Source: an uncultured marine group III euryarchaeote
Lineage (GTDB): Archaea > Thermoplasmatota > Poseidoniia > MGIII > CG-Epi1
Direction of reading: 5' to 3'
Assembly: GCA_902531985.1 (NCBI GenBank)
Contig: CACAGG010000001.1
Coordinates: 2,505 to 66,504, forward strand
Length of the DNA: 64,000 nt
Made by a program: the position numbers and the translations under genes. The notes under the pieces were generated by a model, which worked only from the letters and a program-made list of their open reading frames with translations, was not told the DNA's origin and ran no database searches. The stretch's first letter is position 1, and every line of letters starts with the position of its first letter. Of the stretch, positions 29,682-40,400 are shown one piece after another.

Positions 29682-29927
29682 ATGGCAAAAGAGAAAAAAA
29701 GCCAAGGCTTTCAATCCGCAGCAGGATTAATTCGTTACTTTGATGCTGAAGATAGTAATGCAATTCAAATGACAAGATGGCTTGTAATTCTTTCTTGTAT
29801 TTTAGCTATAATGGTCGTAGAAATTACTGCTGCCGTTGGTCGAGAAACCGGATTTTATGTCTTAGTTATTGGCTTGGTTATTATTATCTTAAATGAAATA
29901 AGATTAAGACGTGCAGATTCAGTTTAA
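29682..29927 (+). CDS. preprotein translocase subunit Sec61beta (SecG)-like
   Basis: MAKEKK...SAAGLIRYFDAED... matches the archaeal Sec61beta N-terminal motif (..GLMRYFDEE..) followed by a TM helix. Has an extra C-terminal TM. Confidence 0.65.
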   Translation: MAKEKKSQGFQSAAGLIRYFDAEDSNAIQMTRWLVILSCILAIMVVEITAAVGRETGFYVLVIGLVIIILNEIRLRRADSV

Positions 29928-29957
29928 TTTTATTAATCTAGACGTTATGCTTAGCCG

Positions 29958-31184
29958 ATGAAACTTTGTGACTTCTGTGGATTCTATGTTGGACCTGAAG
30001 ACATAAAGTGTAGAAATTGCTCAAATCCTATACCTGGCAGGCAAGCCTTGGAAGAAATAGAATATAGACCTAATGAAGTTAAAGTAACTCCGAGTGAAAA
30101 GCCTGAAAAAATAATCTACCAAAAGCCAAAGGGAAGACTGTACCATTTTGCTCGTAAAACTGTAATATTATTAATCATAACGGGAATCTTAATTGCTCCA
30201 CAAACTCAAAATTTAGTCAAAGACAGCTTAAATTATTGGGATGAAATAAACAAACCATATTACAACATTCCTGAAAGCATTGAACTCACAATGGTAAGAA
30301 ATTTTACAATATACCTGCAAGACGAGGGTTATTCTGATTACAACTTAATTATTAGCAAACCTGGTGATACTCCAATTTGGCCTCAGCAAGACGACGGCAA
30401 TTGGCAAACGGTAACTGATTTCAAAGCAAACCCCGCATATGAAGAGACTGAAGCTGGAAGAATGGAATGGGCAAACAGAATCGAAGGACAAGAACGAGAT
30501 TATATTGAAATTGAGTACAAGGTAAAAATTAATACATTAAGACCTGATCTCAAGCCTGAAGATTCAGGAAGCGTAGAAGATATCCCTGAAGGTTATGATA
30601 TGTACCTGCAAGACGAATGGTTGATTGAACCAAGTTCACCTGAAATTTCAAATCTATCTAACCAATTTTCTGATGGAACTCAGGGTAATGTAATCAAGAT
30701 TCTTCAGAATATCTACAATTACATTACTTACAATTATACCTACAAACAATCATCAATACCAAAAAGTTGCGATGAAACAATGGAAAACATGTTTGGAGAT
30801 TGTGACGACTTTTCCATTCTGTTTGCTTCAATTGCGAGAGCTGCAGGAATACCTGCTTGGCTTGAATTAGGAAGAATACCTGCATTTATTGATAATAGAG
30901 CTGGCTGTGATCTGAGAGATTGGGGAGGTCATGCTTGGGTAAATACAATAGTTCCTCTAAAGCAAGGGGGATTTGCAGTTGTCAACATAGATTTAGCTAA
31001 TTCTTACTTTATGTGGATGCCAGCATACAGGATCTCTGATTGGGTGGATGATGGTAACGGAGATAACTTGTACTCTTACTATTATTTATTTTCAAGTAAA
31101 GGAACTGCAAAAGCAACCTATCTTGAAAATTCTTATGTTTCTAATTGTGAAATTACAGGAAATCTAAAATTAGAAGAATTATGA
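29958..31184 (+). CDS. transglutaminase-like cysteine protease-fold protein with N-terminal zinc ribbon and TM anchor
   Basis: N-terminal CDFCG...CRNCS, then one TM. GDCDDFSILFASIARAAGIPAW (catalytic Cys), GGHAWVN (His), and NIDLAN (Asp) match the TGase-like core. Confidence 0.7.
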   Translation: MKLCDFCGFYVGPEDIKCRNCSNPIPGRQALEEIEYRPNEVKVTPSEKPEKIIYQKPKGRLYHFARKTVILLIITGILIAPQTQNLVKDSLNYWDEINKPYYNIPESIELTMVRNFTIYLQDEGYSDYNLIISKPGDTPIWPQQDDGNWQTVTDFKANPAYEETEAGRMEWANRIEGQERDYIEIEYKVKINTLRPDLKPEDSGSVEDIPEGYDMYLQDEWLIEPSSPEISNLSNQFSDGTQGNVIKILQNIYNYITYNYTYKQSSIPKSCDETMENMFGDCDDFSILFASIARAAGIPAWLELGRIPAFIDNRAGCDLRDWGGHAWVNTIVPLKQGGFAVVNIDLANSYFMWMPAYRISDWVDDGNGDNLYSYYYLFSSKGTAKATYLENSYVSNCEITGNLKLEEL

Positions 31185-31612
31185 AAATATTACCTTTTGA
31201 AATTGAGCAACTAGATGAGTTGATGGATTTCCTAGATGAAAATCTGAATGAAAATTATCAAAAGAATGTATTTTTGAACATAAGAAAGAGATGGCCTGAG
31301 GGATTTCTCATAGTAATTGACAACGATAGAATCATAGGAGCCTGTTGCGGAGCGATACTCCCAAACGAAAAATTAAGAGTTTTAATTTTAGTTTTAAAAG
31401 AAGATTATCAGAAACAAGGAATAGGTAAAGAATTAATGAGTAGAATGATTGAATCTAGTAAAATATTTGGAGTAAAGAAAGTGACCTTAGAAGTTAGAAA
31501 AGATTCAGGAGCAATACAATTTTATAGAAAATTAGGGCTCTCTAGTGTTGATTTACTACCTTGCTATTATCAGGATGGTTGTGACGGAATTGTTATGGAA
31601 AAACATCTGTAA
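31181..31612 (+). CDS. GNAT family N-acetyltransferase
   Basis: ...QKQGIGKELM... acetyl-CoA binding motif. 143 aa. Confidence 0.75.
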   Translation: MKILPFEIEQLDELMDFLDENLNENYQKNVFLNIRKRWPEGFLIVIDNDRIIGACCGAILPNEKLRVLILVLKEDYQKQGIGKELMSRMIESSKIFGVKKVTLEVRKDSGAIQFYRKLGLSSVDLLPCYYQDGCDGIVMEKHL

Positions 31613-31636
31613 AAGAGTAGTTCTCGACGGAGAAAA

Positions 31637-31653
31637 ACCGAAAGCTTTTTATA
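31637..31653 (+). promoter_or_regulatory. putative BRE/TATA promoter of tfb
   Basis: ccgaaagctttttatag ~45 nt upstream of the ATG. A ggaggt SD-like element lies at 31683-31688. Confidence 0.45.
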
Positions 31654-31695
31654 GTGGCCTAAATCCCACGAAACCTCGAATGGAGGTTATGGCAA

Positions 31696-32631
31696 ATGAA
31701 ATCTGAAGACGAAAAAGAAAAAGTTGACGAAATTACTAGCTGTCCTGACTGTAAAGGAACACACTTGAAAAGGGACTACGATCACGCAGAGATAGTTTGT
31801 GCTGATTGTGGACTAGTTTTGGAAGACAACATCGTCGACACCGGACCTGAATGGAGAGCTTTCGATATGCAACAAGAAAATGCACTTGCGAGAGCAGGAC
31901 CGCCTATGTCTACAACATTGCCAGACAAAGGTTTGTCTACTGAAATTTCCCCTACTAACAGAGATTACTACGGAAGATCAATATCCAATAGAAACCAGTC
32001 TATGCTATTTAGAATGAGAAAATGGCAAAGAAGGGCTAGAGCTTCTAAATCTGCTGAAAGAAACATGGCTGTAGCAATGCGTGAAATGCAAGCTGTCGCC
32101 ACTAATCTGAAATTACCAAGAAGAATACAAGAAACTGCTGCATTCATTTATAGAAGAGCAATACAAGAACAATCATTAAGTGGACGAGCTATAGAAATGG
32201 TAGCTTGTGCTGCATTATATGCTGCATGTAGGCAAGAAGGTGTTCCAAGAACTCTTACTGAAATAAGCAGGCACAGCAGATACTCCAGGAAGGAAATTTC
32301 TCGAACTTACCAAGTTATGGTTAAAGCACTGAAAATGCATTCAATGCCACCTCTACCAGAAGATTACTTACCAAGGATTTGTTCAAAACTAGAGTTATCG
32401 CCAAAAGTTGAAGGTGCAGCAAGAGACTTGTTGAGAGCTGCCCAAGATGTGCCATTAACAAACTCAGTACCTATTTCTTTAGCTGCTGCTGCTGTTTACA
32501 TAGCATCTATTGTTAACAATGAGAGAAGAAAACAAAAAGATGTGGCCAGAGCTGCTGATTTAACTGAAGTTACAATCAGAAGTCGTTACAAAGAAATGGC
32601 TCAGTTTTTGAATATCGATATCCATATCTAA
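31696..32631 (+). CDS. tfb: transcription initiation factor IIB (TFB)
   Basis: N-terminal zinc ribbon CPDCKG...CADCG, B-reader, two cyclin-fold repeats. 311 aa. Confidence 0.95.
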   Translation: MKSEDEKEKVDEITSCPDCKGTHLKRDYDHAEIVCADCGLVLEDNIVDTGPEWRAFDMQQENALARAGPPMSTTLPDKGLSTEISPTNRDYYGRSISNRNQSMLFRMRKWQRRARASKSAERNMAVAMREMQAVATNLKLPRRIQETAAFIYRRAIQEQSLSGRAIEMVACAALYAACRQEGVPRTLTEISRHSRYSRKEISRTYQVMVKALKMHSMPPLPEDYLPRICSKLELSPKVEGAARDLLRAAQDVPLTNSVPISLAAAAVYIASIVNNERRKQKDVARAADLTEVTIRSRYKEMAQFLNIDIHI

Positions 32632-32658
32632 AGTGTTCTTTAATCGGGTAATGAGCCC

Positions 32659-33258
32659 ATGATTGACGAACAGATTTACAGAAGGTTTAATCACACTGTA
32701 GCTGCCTGTTTTGTAATTTATTTCTTGTTTCCTCAAGAAATATTTAGTCTAAGTCGAAGCTGGCTCATAGTTTTATTCTGGTTAATAGTTATAACCATAG
32801 AAATTCTGAGATTTCAAAAAAGAATAGAAATTATAGGTCTAAGAGATTATGAAGAAAAACGTGTAGCTGGATTCGTTTGGTTTGCTAGTGGGTCATGCCT
32901 TCTTTTAGGTCTCTACGAGATGGATTTAATACCTCAAAGTTTTGTAATAGGGACCATAATAATGGCAGCTTATACTGATCCCTTAATCGGAGAATCTAGC
33001 AAGAAATGGGGTGAGAAGATAGGAATAGTCTCGGGACTAACATGCAGCTTTGTAATTTATCAGATAATTATAGGTGGATATTTTTATCCCTTAATAGGAA
33101 GTGTAATAGCTGTAGCTGTTGAAAAACCTAAAATTAAATGGTTTGATGATGACTTTGCAATGCAAATCTTTCCAATTTTAGTTATGTGTATCTTATACTC
33201 GTATGGTATCGGACCTGACCTGATTAATGAAGGGATTTTAATAAAAGAGGGAATATGA
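32659..33258 (+). CDS. polytopic membrane protein, possible polyprenol/dolichol kinase-like
   Basis: 199 aa with ~6 TM. The weak ...YTDPLIGE...G... similarity is from memory only. Confidence 0.35.
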   Translation: MIDEQIYRRFNHTVAACFVIYFLFPQEIFSLSRSWLIVLFWLIVITIEILRFQKRIEIIGLRDYEEKRVAGFVWFASGSCLLLGLYEMDLIPQSFVIGTIIMAAYTDPLIGESSKKWGEKIGIVSGLTCSFVIYQIIIGGYFYPLIGSVIAVAVEKPKIKWFDDDFAMQIFPILVMCILYSYGIGPDLINEGILIKEGI

Positions 33259-33411
33259 AAATAACTAAACTGTACATCTGTATTCTCTATCTTGTGACAA
33301 TCATTTGCTCCTTATTTTTTATAATTGATGAGCATTATAATATAGCCACATTATTAATTCTAGGTAATGCTATACCTGGATATCCCTTAGCAAAATCATT
33401 ATTGGAGAAAA

Positions 33412-34509
33412 ATGAAAATTAACTATAACAGAAGATGGACGCAAATAAAAGAAAATCTTAATGGAAAAGATGCCTTTATTTGCTCATTAGCAGGAAATAC
33501 AAGATATCTCGCAAATTCAGAATCTCCACCAGGATGCCCTCCAGGATCAACAATGAACTTTGTTATTATTCCCGCAAAAGGAGAACCAATTGCTATTACT
33601 TCATCTCTTGAAGAACATCGCTGCCGTAAAGAAGCTGCAATGGATGATATTAGGTTGTGGACACACTATCCTGAAATTAAATCTGATGGTAAAACTGCTA
33701 AGGATGTACTTAAAAACACTATCAAAGAAAATAAAATCGAAACCATTTATTCTGACACAAAGCTTTCGTTAGGAAGAGGAATTAAAACAAAGCAAAGCAA
33801 CTTTGTAAATGAGATGAGGGGAGTGAAAAGCCCAGACGAGCTGGAAAGAATAAACAAAGCCATAAAACAATCAGATAAAGGCCAGGAATTTGCTAAAAAT
33901 TTAGTTGAGTCTGGAGAGGGACTCACTGAAAGAGAAGTCAGGACTGAGATAGATTATTTCATGGGTAGAAATGGAGTCCAAGAAAACTCTTTTAGTACGA
34001 TAATAGCTTCAGGTCCAAACGCAGCCTATTCACACCATTCTAATACAGCTAGGAAATTAGTGAAAGGAGATCCCGTAATATGTGATTTTGGTGTTTTCTG
34101 GGATGGCTATTGCTCCGATATAACTCGAACTTACTTCGTAGGGGGAGAAGGCTCTGATGAAATGCAAAAGATATACAATATAGTATTGGAAGCAAACAAA
34201 AGATCAATAAATGCATTAAAAATTGGAGAAACGGGACATGAAATTGATAAAGCCGGAAGAAATTATATCAGTAAAGAGGGATACGGTCGTAACTTCGTAC
34301 ATGGTACTGGTCACGGTTTTGGTCTAGAAATACATGAATTTCCATCAATAACTTACAAATCAAAAGTAATAGCAAAGAATTCTATGGCCGTAACAATTGA
34401 ACCGGGAATATATGTGCCAAGTAAGGGTGGTGTAAGAATAGAAGACGATGTGTTGGTCACCGAAGGAAAGCCTAAAATATTAACCAAAGCTGAAAAGGAA
34501 TTATATTAA
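33412..34509 (+). CDS. Xaa-Pro aminopeptidase/dipeptidase (M24B family)
   Basis: ...HGTGHGFGLEIHE... and a ...EPG.Y... pita-bread fold with metal ligands. Confidence 0.8.
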   Translation: MKINYNRRWTQIKENLNGKDAFICSLAGNTRYLANSESPPGCPPGSTMNFVIIPAKGEPIAITSSLEEHRCRKEAAMDDIRLWTHYPEIKSDGKTAKDVLKNTIKENKIETIYSDTKLSLGRGIKTKQSNFVNEMRGVKSPDELERINKAIKQSDKGQEFAKNLVESGEGLTEREVRTEIDYFMGRNGVQENSFSTIIASGPNAAYSHHSNTARKLVKGDPVICDFGVFWDGYCSDITRTYFVGGEGSDEMQKIYNIVLEANKRSINALKIGETGHEIDKAGRNYISKEGYGRNFVHGTGHGFGLEIHEFPSITYKSKVIAKNSMAVTIEPGIYVPSKGGVRIEDDVLVTEGKPKILTKAEKELY

Positions 34510-34510
34510 A

Positions 34511-36010
34511 ATGATGGAAGCAGAATTAGTTGTCAATCGCCTAATGGAAAAAAAACCTACTACTAGACAAGAAGTACAACTTATCAAACTAGAAGTAGCA
34601 AAAGAGCAGAAATTCGATATGGTACCTCCCAATAACCAACTTTTAGCTAAAATTGATGCTAAGAAAGAACCTGAATTAGCTAAATTATTGCGAGTAAAAC
34701 CCATGCGGACTAGTGCAGGAGTTACTCCTATTGCAATAATGACGTCTCCTGCTCCGTGCCCTCACGGTACATGCACATATTGCCCAGGAGGGCCTAAAAA
34801 TGAAAGTCCACAATCCTATACAGGACATGAACCTGCAGCCAGAAGAGGTAAGAGACATAATTACAATTCAAAAGATCAAGTAAACGCAAGATTAGAACAA
34901 TACGTTCGTAACGGCCACCCTACTGATAAAATTGAAATCATCATTATGGGGGGGACTTTCACTGCCAGAAGACCTGATTATCAAGATGAATTTCTTACAG
35001 GAGCATTTGAAACACTTAATGGTCAAAAATTACCGTTAGAAGAAGCTCTACAACAAAATGGTGATGCAAAGCATAAATGTGTAGCATTGACAATGGAAAC
35101 AAGACCCACTGAGTGTAATCCTTGGGCTGTATTCCATATGAGAAAACAAGGAGCTACAAGAGTTGAAATTGGTGTTCAATGTCTCGATGACGGAGTACAC
35201 GATAAACTAGCTCGCGATCAGAAAGTCGAAGACGTTGTAAGAGCAACAAGATTGCTTAAGGAAGCGGGTTTGAAAGTTGTTTACCACATGATGCCGGGCT
35301 TACCGGGCATGACTCCAGAAACAGATGTTAGAGATTTCAAACGTTTATTTGAAGAGGAAGATTTCCAACCTGATATGTTGAAATTATATCCTACTTTGCT
35401 AGTAAAAGGGTCAGCATTAGCCGAAGATCCTGGAGATTTCGTACCATACGATACTGAAACTGCTGCAAAAGTTATTGCAGATTTAAAAGAAATAGTTCCC
35501 CCTTATGTTAGAATACAGAGAATTCAAAGAGATATACCCAAGCCTCAAATTATTGCTGGAGTAATGAATTCTAATCTTCGTCAATATGCTAGACGTGAAT
35601 TGAAAAATAGAGGCAAAAAATGCAAATGCATTAATTGTAGAGAACTCTGGAGGGCTGAAATTGACCCCTCTACTGCTGAATTGAAAGAAATAAAGTACAA
35701 AGCAAGCGGTGGTCATGAATACTTTATTTCATATGAATCTGGCTCAAAATTATTAGCTTACTTAAGACTAAGATTAGATGATAACGCAACTGTTAGAGAG
35801 TTGAAGGTTACTGGCCAAGCTGCAAACATTGGAACTACAAGTACAGGAGTTCAGCACATGGGCTTAGGAAGTAAATTAATGAAAATAGCTGAAGAAAAGG
35901 CTAAAAAATACGATAAAATAAGAGTTACCCACGGGGCTGGAACAAGACTTTATTATGAAAAATTGGGATACGATTTAGAAGATTACTACATGGTTAAAAA
36001 TTTATCTTAA
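34511..36010 (+). CDS. elp3: tRNA uridine(34) carboxymethyl/acetyltransferase Elp3 (radical SAM + GNAT)
   Basis: PAPCPHGTCTYCPGG radical-SAM cluster motif, C-terminal GNAT domain. 499 aa. Confidence 0.9.
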   Translation: MMEAELVVNRLMEKKPTTRQEVQLIKLEVAKEQKFDMVPPNNQLLAKIDAKKEPELAKLLRVKPMRTSAGVTPIAIMTSPAPCPHGTCTYCPGGPKNESPQSYTGHEPAARRGKRHNYNSKDQVNARLEQYVRNGHPTDKIEIIIMGGTFTARRPDYQDEFLTGAFETLNGQKLPLEEALQQNGDAKHKCVALTMETRPTECNPWAVFHMRKQGATRVEIGVQCLDDGVHDKLARDQKVEDVVRATRLLKEAGLKVVYHMMPGLPGMTPETDVRDFKRLFEEEDFQPDMLKLYPTLLVKGSALAEDPGDFVPYDTETAAKVIADLKEIVPPYVRIQRIQRDIPKPQIIAGVMNSNLRQYARRELKNRGKKCKCINCRELWRAEIDPSTAELKEIKYKASGGHEYFISYESGSKLLAYLRLRLDDNATVRELKVTGQAANIGTTSTGVQHMGLGSKLMKIAEEKAKKYDKIRVTHGAGTRLYYEKLGYDLEDYYMVKNLS

Positions 36011-36014
36011 TAAT

Positions 36015-36920
36015 ATGAATGAGTCTGAATGGCATAATAACATTGAAAAATTAAAATCTGTTGAAAGGTTAAATGTTTCAAAAAAAGAAATACACCATGA
36101 ATTGAAAAATTCCCTATTAAATTCATTACCTAATGAATCATTTGGAATATTACTGTCAGGAGGTATAGATTCGTCTTTGATTGCAAAGATTTGTAAGGAT
36201 CAAGACTTAAACTTCAGATGCTTTTGTGTTGGAATAAAAGATGCTCAAGATCTTCTTGCTGCCAAAGAAACTGCCCGAATTTTAGATTTAGAGCTTGTAT
36301 CAAAGGAATTTGAATTAGAAGAAATTGAAGACTTGTTACTAAAGGCAATTGAAATTCTACCCAGACCAAAAATAGAAAATGATAATTATATTGAATACAT
36401 GGTCAAACTTTCAGTTTCAGCAGTAATGCTGGCTGGACTTAATTTGGGTAAGGAAACACATTTTATTAGTGGAATTGGTGCCGAAGAATTATTTGCAGGT
36501 TATAACAGACACAGAAAGGCATTAGATACTGGAGGAACTTGGAGAGGAAACACAATAAAAGAACTCAAAGAAGAAAGCTGGGAAGGGCTAAAAAGATTTC
36601 ATAATCTTGTAATTTCCAGAGATAAAGCGATATCTGAAAGTATTGGAAAGTCGATACTGAATCCATATATTTCTAACGAAATGATAATCTTGGCCATGAA
36701 CCTGCAGAATAAAGATAAAATCGATTCTATATCGAATAAAAAAATACTGCGAGAAATTGCTACAGAGATTGGAGTTCCAAAGATAGCTGCTGAACGTAGA
36801 AAAAAAGGCGCTCAATATGGAAGTGGATTTGATAAGGCCATACTAAAATTAGCAAAACTGAATGGATTTAAACTGAAAAAGAGATATATTGAAAGCTTAC
36901 TAAATAAGCTAAAAACTTGA
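36015..36920 (+). CDS. asparagine synthetase C-terminal-domain-like PP-loop ATP pyrophosphatase (no glutaminase domain)
   Basis: LLSGGIDSS PP-loop, plus GAEELFAGY matching the AsnB DELFGGY motif. Confidence 0.6.
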   Translation: MNESEWHNNIEKLKSVERLNVSKKEIHHELKNSLLNSLPNESFGILLSGGIDSSLIAKICKDQDLNFRCFCVGIKDAQDLLAAKETARILDLELVSKEFELEEIEDLLLKAIEILPRPKIENDNYIEYMVKLSVSAVMLAGLNLGKETHFISGIGAEELFAGYNRHRKALDTGGTWRGNTIKELKEESWEGLKRFHNLVISRDKAISESIGKSILNPYISNEMIILAMNLQNKDKIDSISNKKILREIATEIGVPKIAAERRKKGAQYGSGFDKAILKLAKLNGFKLKKRYIESLLNKLKT

Positions 36921-36997
36921 TTATGAATATTTTATAAGTAAGTATCTTGTTAATATATTATGTTCAAACACACAACTACCAAAAGAAGTGATATCCT

Positions 36998-37462
36998 ATG
37001 ATTGGAGAATCTGCACCAAATTTTACATTGAAAAATACGGGAAAAGAGGATGTGTCACTAAGTGATTACAAAGGAAAAACTGTCATCCTAGCGTTCTACC
37101 CTGGTGCATTTACAGGAGTTTGTGATAATGAGATGTGTGCTTTTCAAGATAATTTCAGCAAATTAGGAAAGTCTAATGCTGCAGTTATTGGCATAAGCGT
37201 GGATTCACCATGGGCTAACGCTGAATTTGCTAGTAAGTATAATCTAGAATTCGAACTATTGTCTGATATTGATAGGGAAGTCGTTGAGGCCTATGATGCT
37301 AAGTTTGTAGGGCTTGGCGGAGTTGAAGGATATGTAAGCGCAAATAGAGTCGTGATTGTTATTGATAAAGATGGAATCATTAAGCATCGCTGGGTAGCTG
37401 AGAATCCAGGCGTTGAACCGAATTATGATTCTATAGTTGAATTTGCTGAATCATTAAATTAG
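36998..37462 (+). CDS. peroxiredoxin (BCP/PrxQ-like)
   Basis: ...FYPGAFTGVCDNEMC... peroxidatic Cys context. 154 aa. Confidence 0.8.
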   Translation: MIGESAPNFTLKNTGKEDVSLSDYKGKTVILAFYPGAFTGVCDNEMCAFQDNFSKLGKSNAAVIGISVDSPWANAEFASKYNLEFELLSDIDREVVEAYDAKFVGLGGVEGYVSANRVVIVIDKDGIIKHRWVAENPGVEPNYDSIVEFAESLN

Positions 37463-37469
37463 TAATTAA

Positions 37470-40400
37470 TCAGAATAAACTTAAACTGTCTGAATTAGCC
37501 ATTCTATCCAATGTCTCAGTAACAAGAGAATCGGGTCCAAGAACTTCTTTAGCTTGAAGGAACATACACCTAATTTCATTTCTCTCAAGACCTTCTAACG
37601 AAGGCATAATATTTGATCTAATAACTCTGTCCAAAGCAAGCTCTGGCCCATATTTCTTAATCGAATTAAACATGGTAACCATAGAATCAATGACTAGGGC
37701 AGGACCTATCTTACGGAATGTACGAACTCCTACTGCTACTTCATCTCCTCTATTCGGTGCCTCGCTAGGCTCCAAGAATTTTACTAATTTCTCGTGACAC
37801 TTATACATGCTCCCATCATCGTCATAAAAGTCAAATTTACGACTTGGGAAATGACGGCACTTATCACCAAATTTCCAAAGATCATCACCTTCCGGCCTCT
37901 CAGGGACTAAACCTAACTTCTTTAATTTGAAATAAACAAATACAGGCATTCTGTTATATTCGTCTTCAGGAATTGGAAGTCCAATTTCGACAAAAGCAAA
38001 ACGCCTCATCAATGCGAAACCCACATTGAAAAGCGTATTTTTATCTTGAGTATTCATAGTTCCAATAATTCTGAACTCTGGTGGCATCATGAAAGGAGCT
38101 CCTCCCGTTTCTTTGTGAGTCAATAATGGTTGCTTATCCCTATATTCAAAAACTGTGAACAATTTACCAAAAGCTTCATCAATATTAGCACGATTAAATT
38201 CGTCAATTACCAAGTAATGTGGTTTACCTGTTTCAACAATTGACTTTTCACAAAGCTTAGCAGCTTCAGCTACATATCCATCTTTGAAATAATAACCACC
38301 AGAGTCATCAGGCGAAATGCCGCCAATAACATCAAAATTAGACCATTCTGCATTAGCCGTTACAATGGTGTAATTTGGGGCTTTGCTACCATTTGGTTGA
38401 TCAATTTCACCGCATAATTTTGTCAATAATATATTAGACAAAGCCGTCTTACCAGTACCAGGTTCCCCAAATAGCATTATATTCTTTCCAGATGTCAAAT
38501 GGGTTATAACTTCGTCAACTGTTTCAGGAGTTGTTGAATAGGCTTCTGCAATTTCATGGAAATCAACTTCATAATCTACCTGTATTGCAGGTCTAATTTT
38601 TACAGAATGATCGACACTATCCATCATTGTCTTCTCAACTAATTGTTGATCAGGAGTATGCTCAGTAGTATGTTTCAGTTCAATCTGGAACTCTTCTCCG
38701 TATTCCTGCATCAAAAATTCCATTGCCGAATCGACTGACCACTCAGGCATTGCCTTCTGTCCGCCTTCTACTGTAGGTGCAAAAGGATCTTCACGATTTG
38801 GCATTGCTCTATCTGCTGCCAAAGACATTTCTCTTAGTCTTTGTGAACCAAATTTATAAACTAACCAAAATCCAACTGCAGTCACTAAAGCAGACAAAAG
38901 GAGATTGAAGTTGGCATCACCATCCATCTCATCCATTTCAACCCCGCCTAAAGCAATTGGTAAAATGAAAGTTGCAAATAAAGAAAGAATTCCTACAGCA
39001 AATATAACAAAATAAGCAACGCCTATTGAACCTTGCTCACCTCTCCTTTTGTTGTAAAATGAATAGAGACCCACTGAAGATATACCTAAAGCCATCACAG
39101 TAAGAGTCAAATCATTTTGATCTAAACCAAATCCTGAACCTTCATTAGTTAGCATATTGTAGGCAAAAATCAAGTATTGAAGAACTAAACCTGAAATAAT
39201 CATAGTCATATATTTGGCCTCATCAAGATCATTTATTCTTGTACTAGATACTAACCAATTTCCAATACCGATGAAAAGGAAAGTCGCGGCTAGCAACATT
39301 ATTGTACTGTCCTGACCTGCGCTAAAATCAACAAATGTAACATTAATGTCTTTGTGAGGCGTATCTAACAATTGACAAGCCCCCCTGTCATCTTCCTCCT
39401 TATTAGAAAGATCTAAAAGGAACATCTGAAGTTCGGAAACATAATCATCATCATATTTTCCATTACCATTTGTATCTGTAAATGATTCAGGCTTATTGTA
39501 TTTTGAATCACCGTTACCGTCTTCCCATTCTTCCCCTTCTCCTTCATCCCAAAGTCCGTTTGAGGTCCCATTTTCATTAGGCAGATCCGTCCAATCTAAC
39601 CTACCATTATTTTCAGAACCATCCTCATCTGGAGGAACATCACCTTCGGAAGTATAATTCCCGTCTTTATCTATATCTACGGACTCTACACCGTCAAGGC
39701 CAAAATCATCAAATTCATCCCATACGTCCCGTAAGCCATTATTCTCGCCTTCATCATTAGTACCAACAATTCCATCAAATCCATAATCGTTTAGTGGTTC
39801 GAACGGTATTGGTTTACTGCCATATGGGTTTTCACAAACCGCATAAGGCCCTTGGGCATAATTTAAGAATACCGAAGAAAGTAAAAGCGCTATAACTATT
39901 ACAAAGAAATAAAAATTCAAAGTCACGGGTTCGTCTAAAGGCCTTTCCAGAGAAATACGTGCGAAAAGAACTGAAGTTGCAACTATCAGACATACTGTTG
40001 CAGCAAAACCTAAAGTAAGAGGTATTGCAAAAATTAGTTGATCCAAAAAACCTCCATAAACTACAAACAATAATATCTGACTAAATGCAAAAATTATCAA
40101 AGGCAGAGTAAGTGATGTATTTGGTATAGAATTGTAAAGATAAAAAGCGATAACCAAAAATAAACCATTTAAGGCAAATAGTGCAAGCCCAGTGCCAAAA
40201 GTAATGTTAACTGGACAACCATACCTTTCTTCATCATCAATGTATCCACTACGATTAGTATCTGTTATGTAATAATCATTAGTAGTAGTAAATGACTCCT
40301 GCAAATCTTCATTAAACACTGACTTCTGCTCCTCTTCTTTATATTCTACATATCTCTGCTTATCCCACATCTCACAATTAAACGGTTCACCACTAAATGG

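Noticed and set aside
33259-33411. 152-bp intergenic gap as a possible ncRNA
   Set aside because: It is AT-rich with a TATA-like tttttataa and has no convincing stem-loop architecture or conserved ncRNA motif. It is most likely promoter or leader sequence for the M24 peptidase gene.
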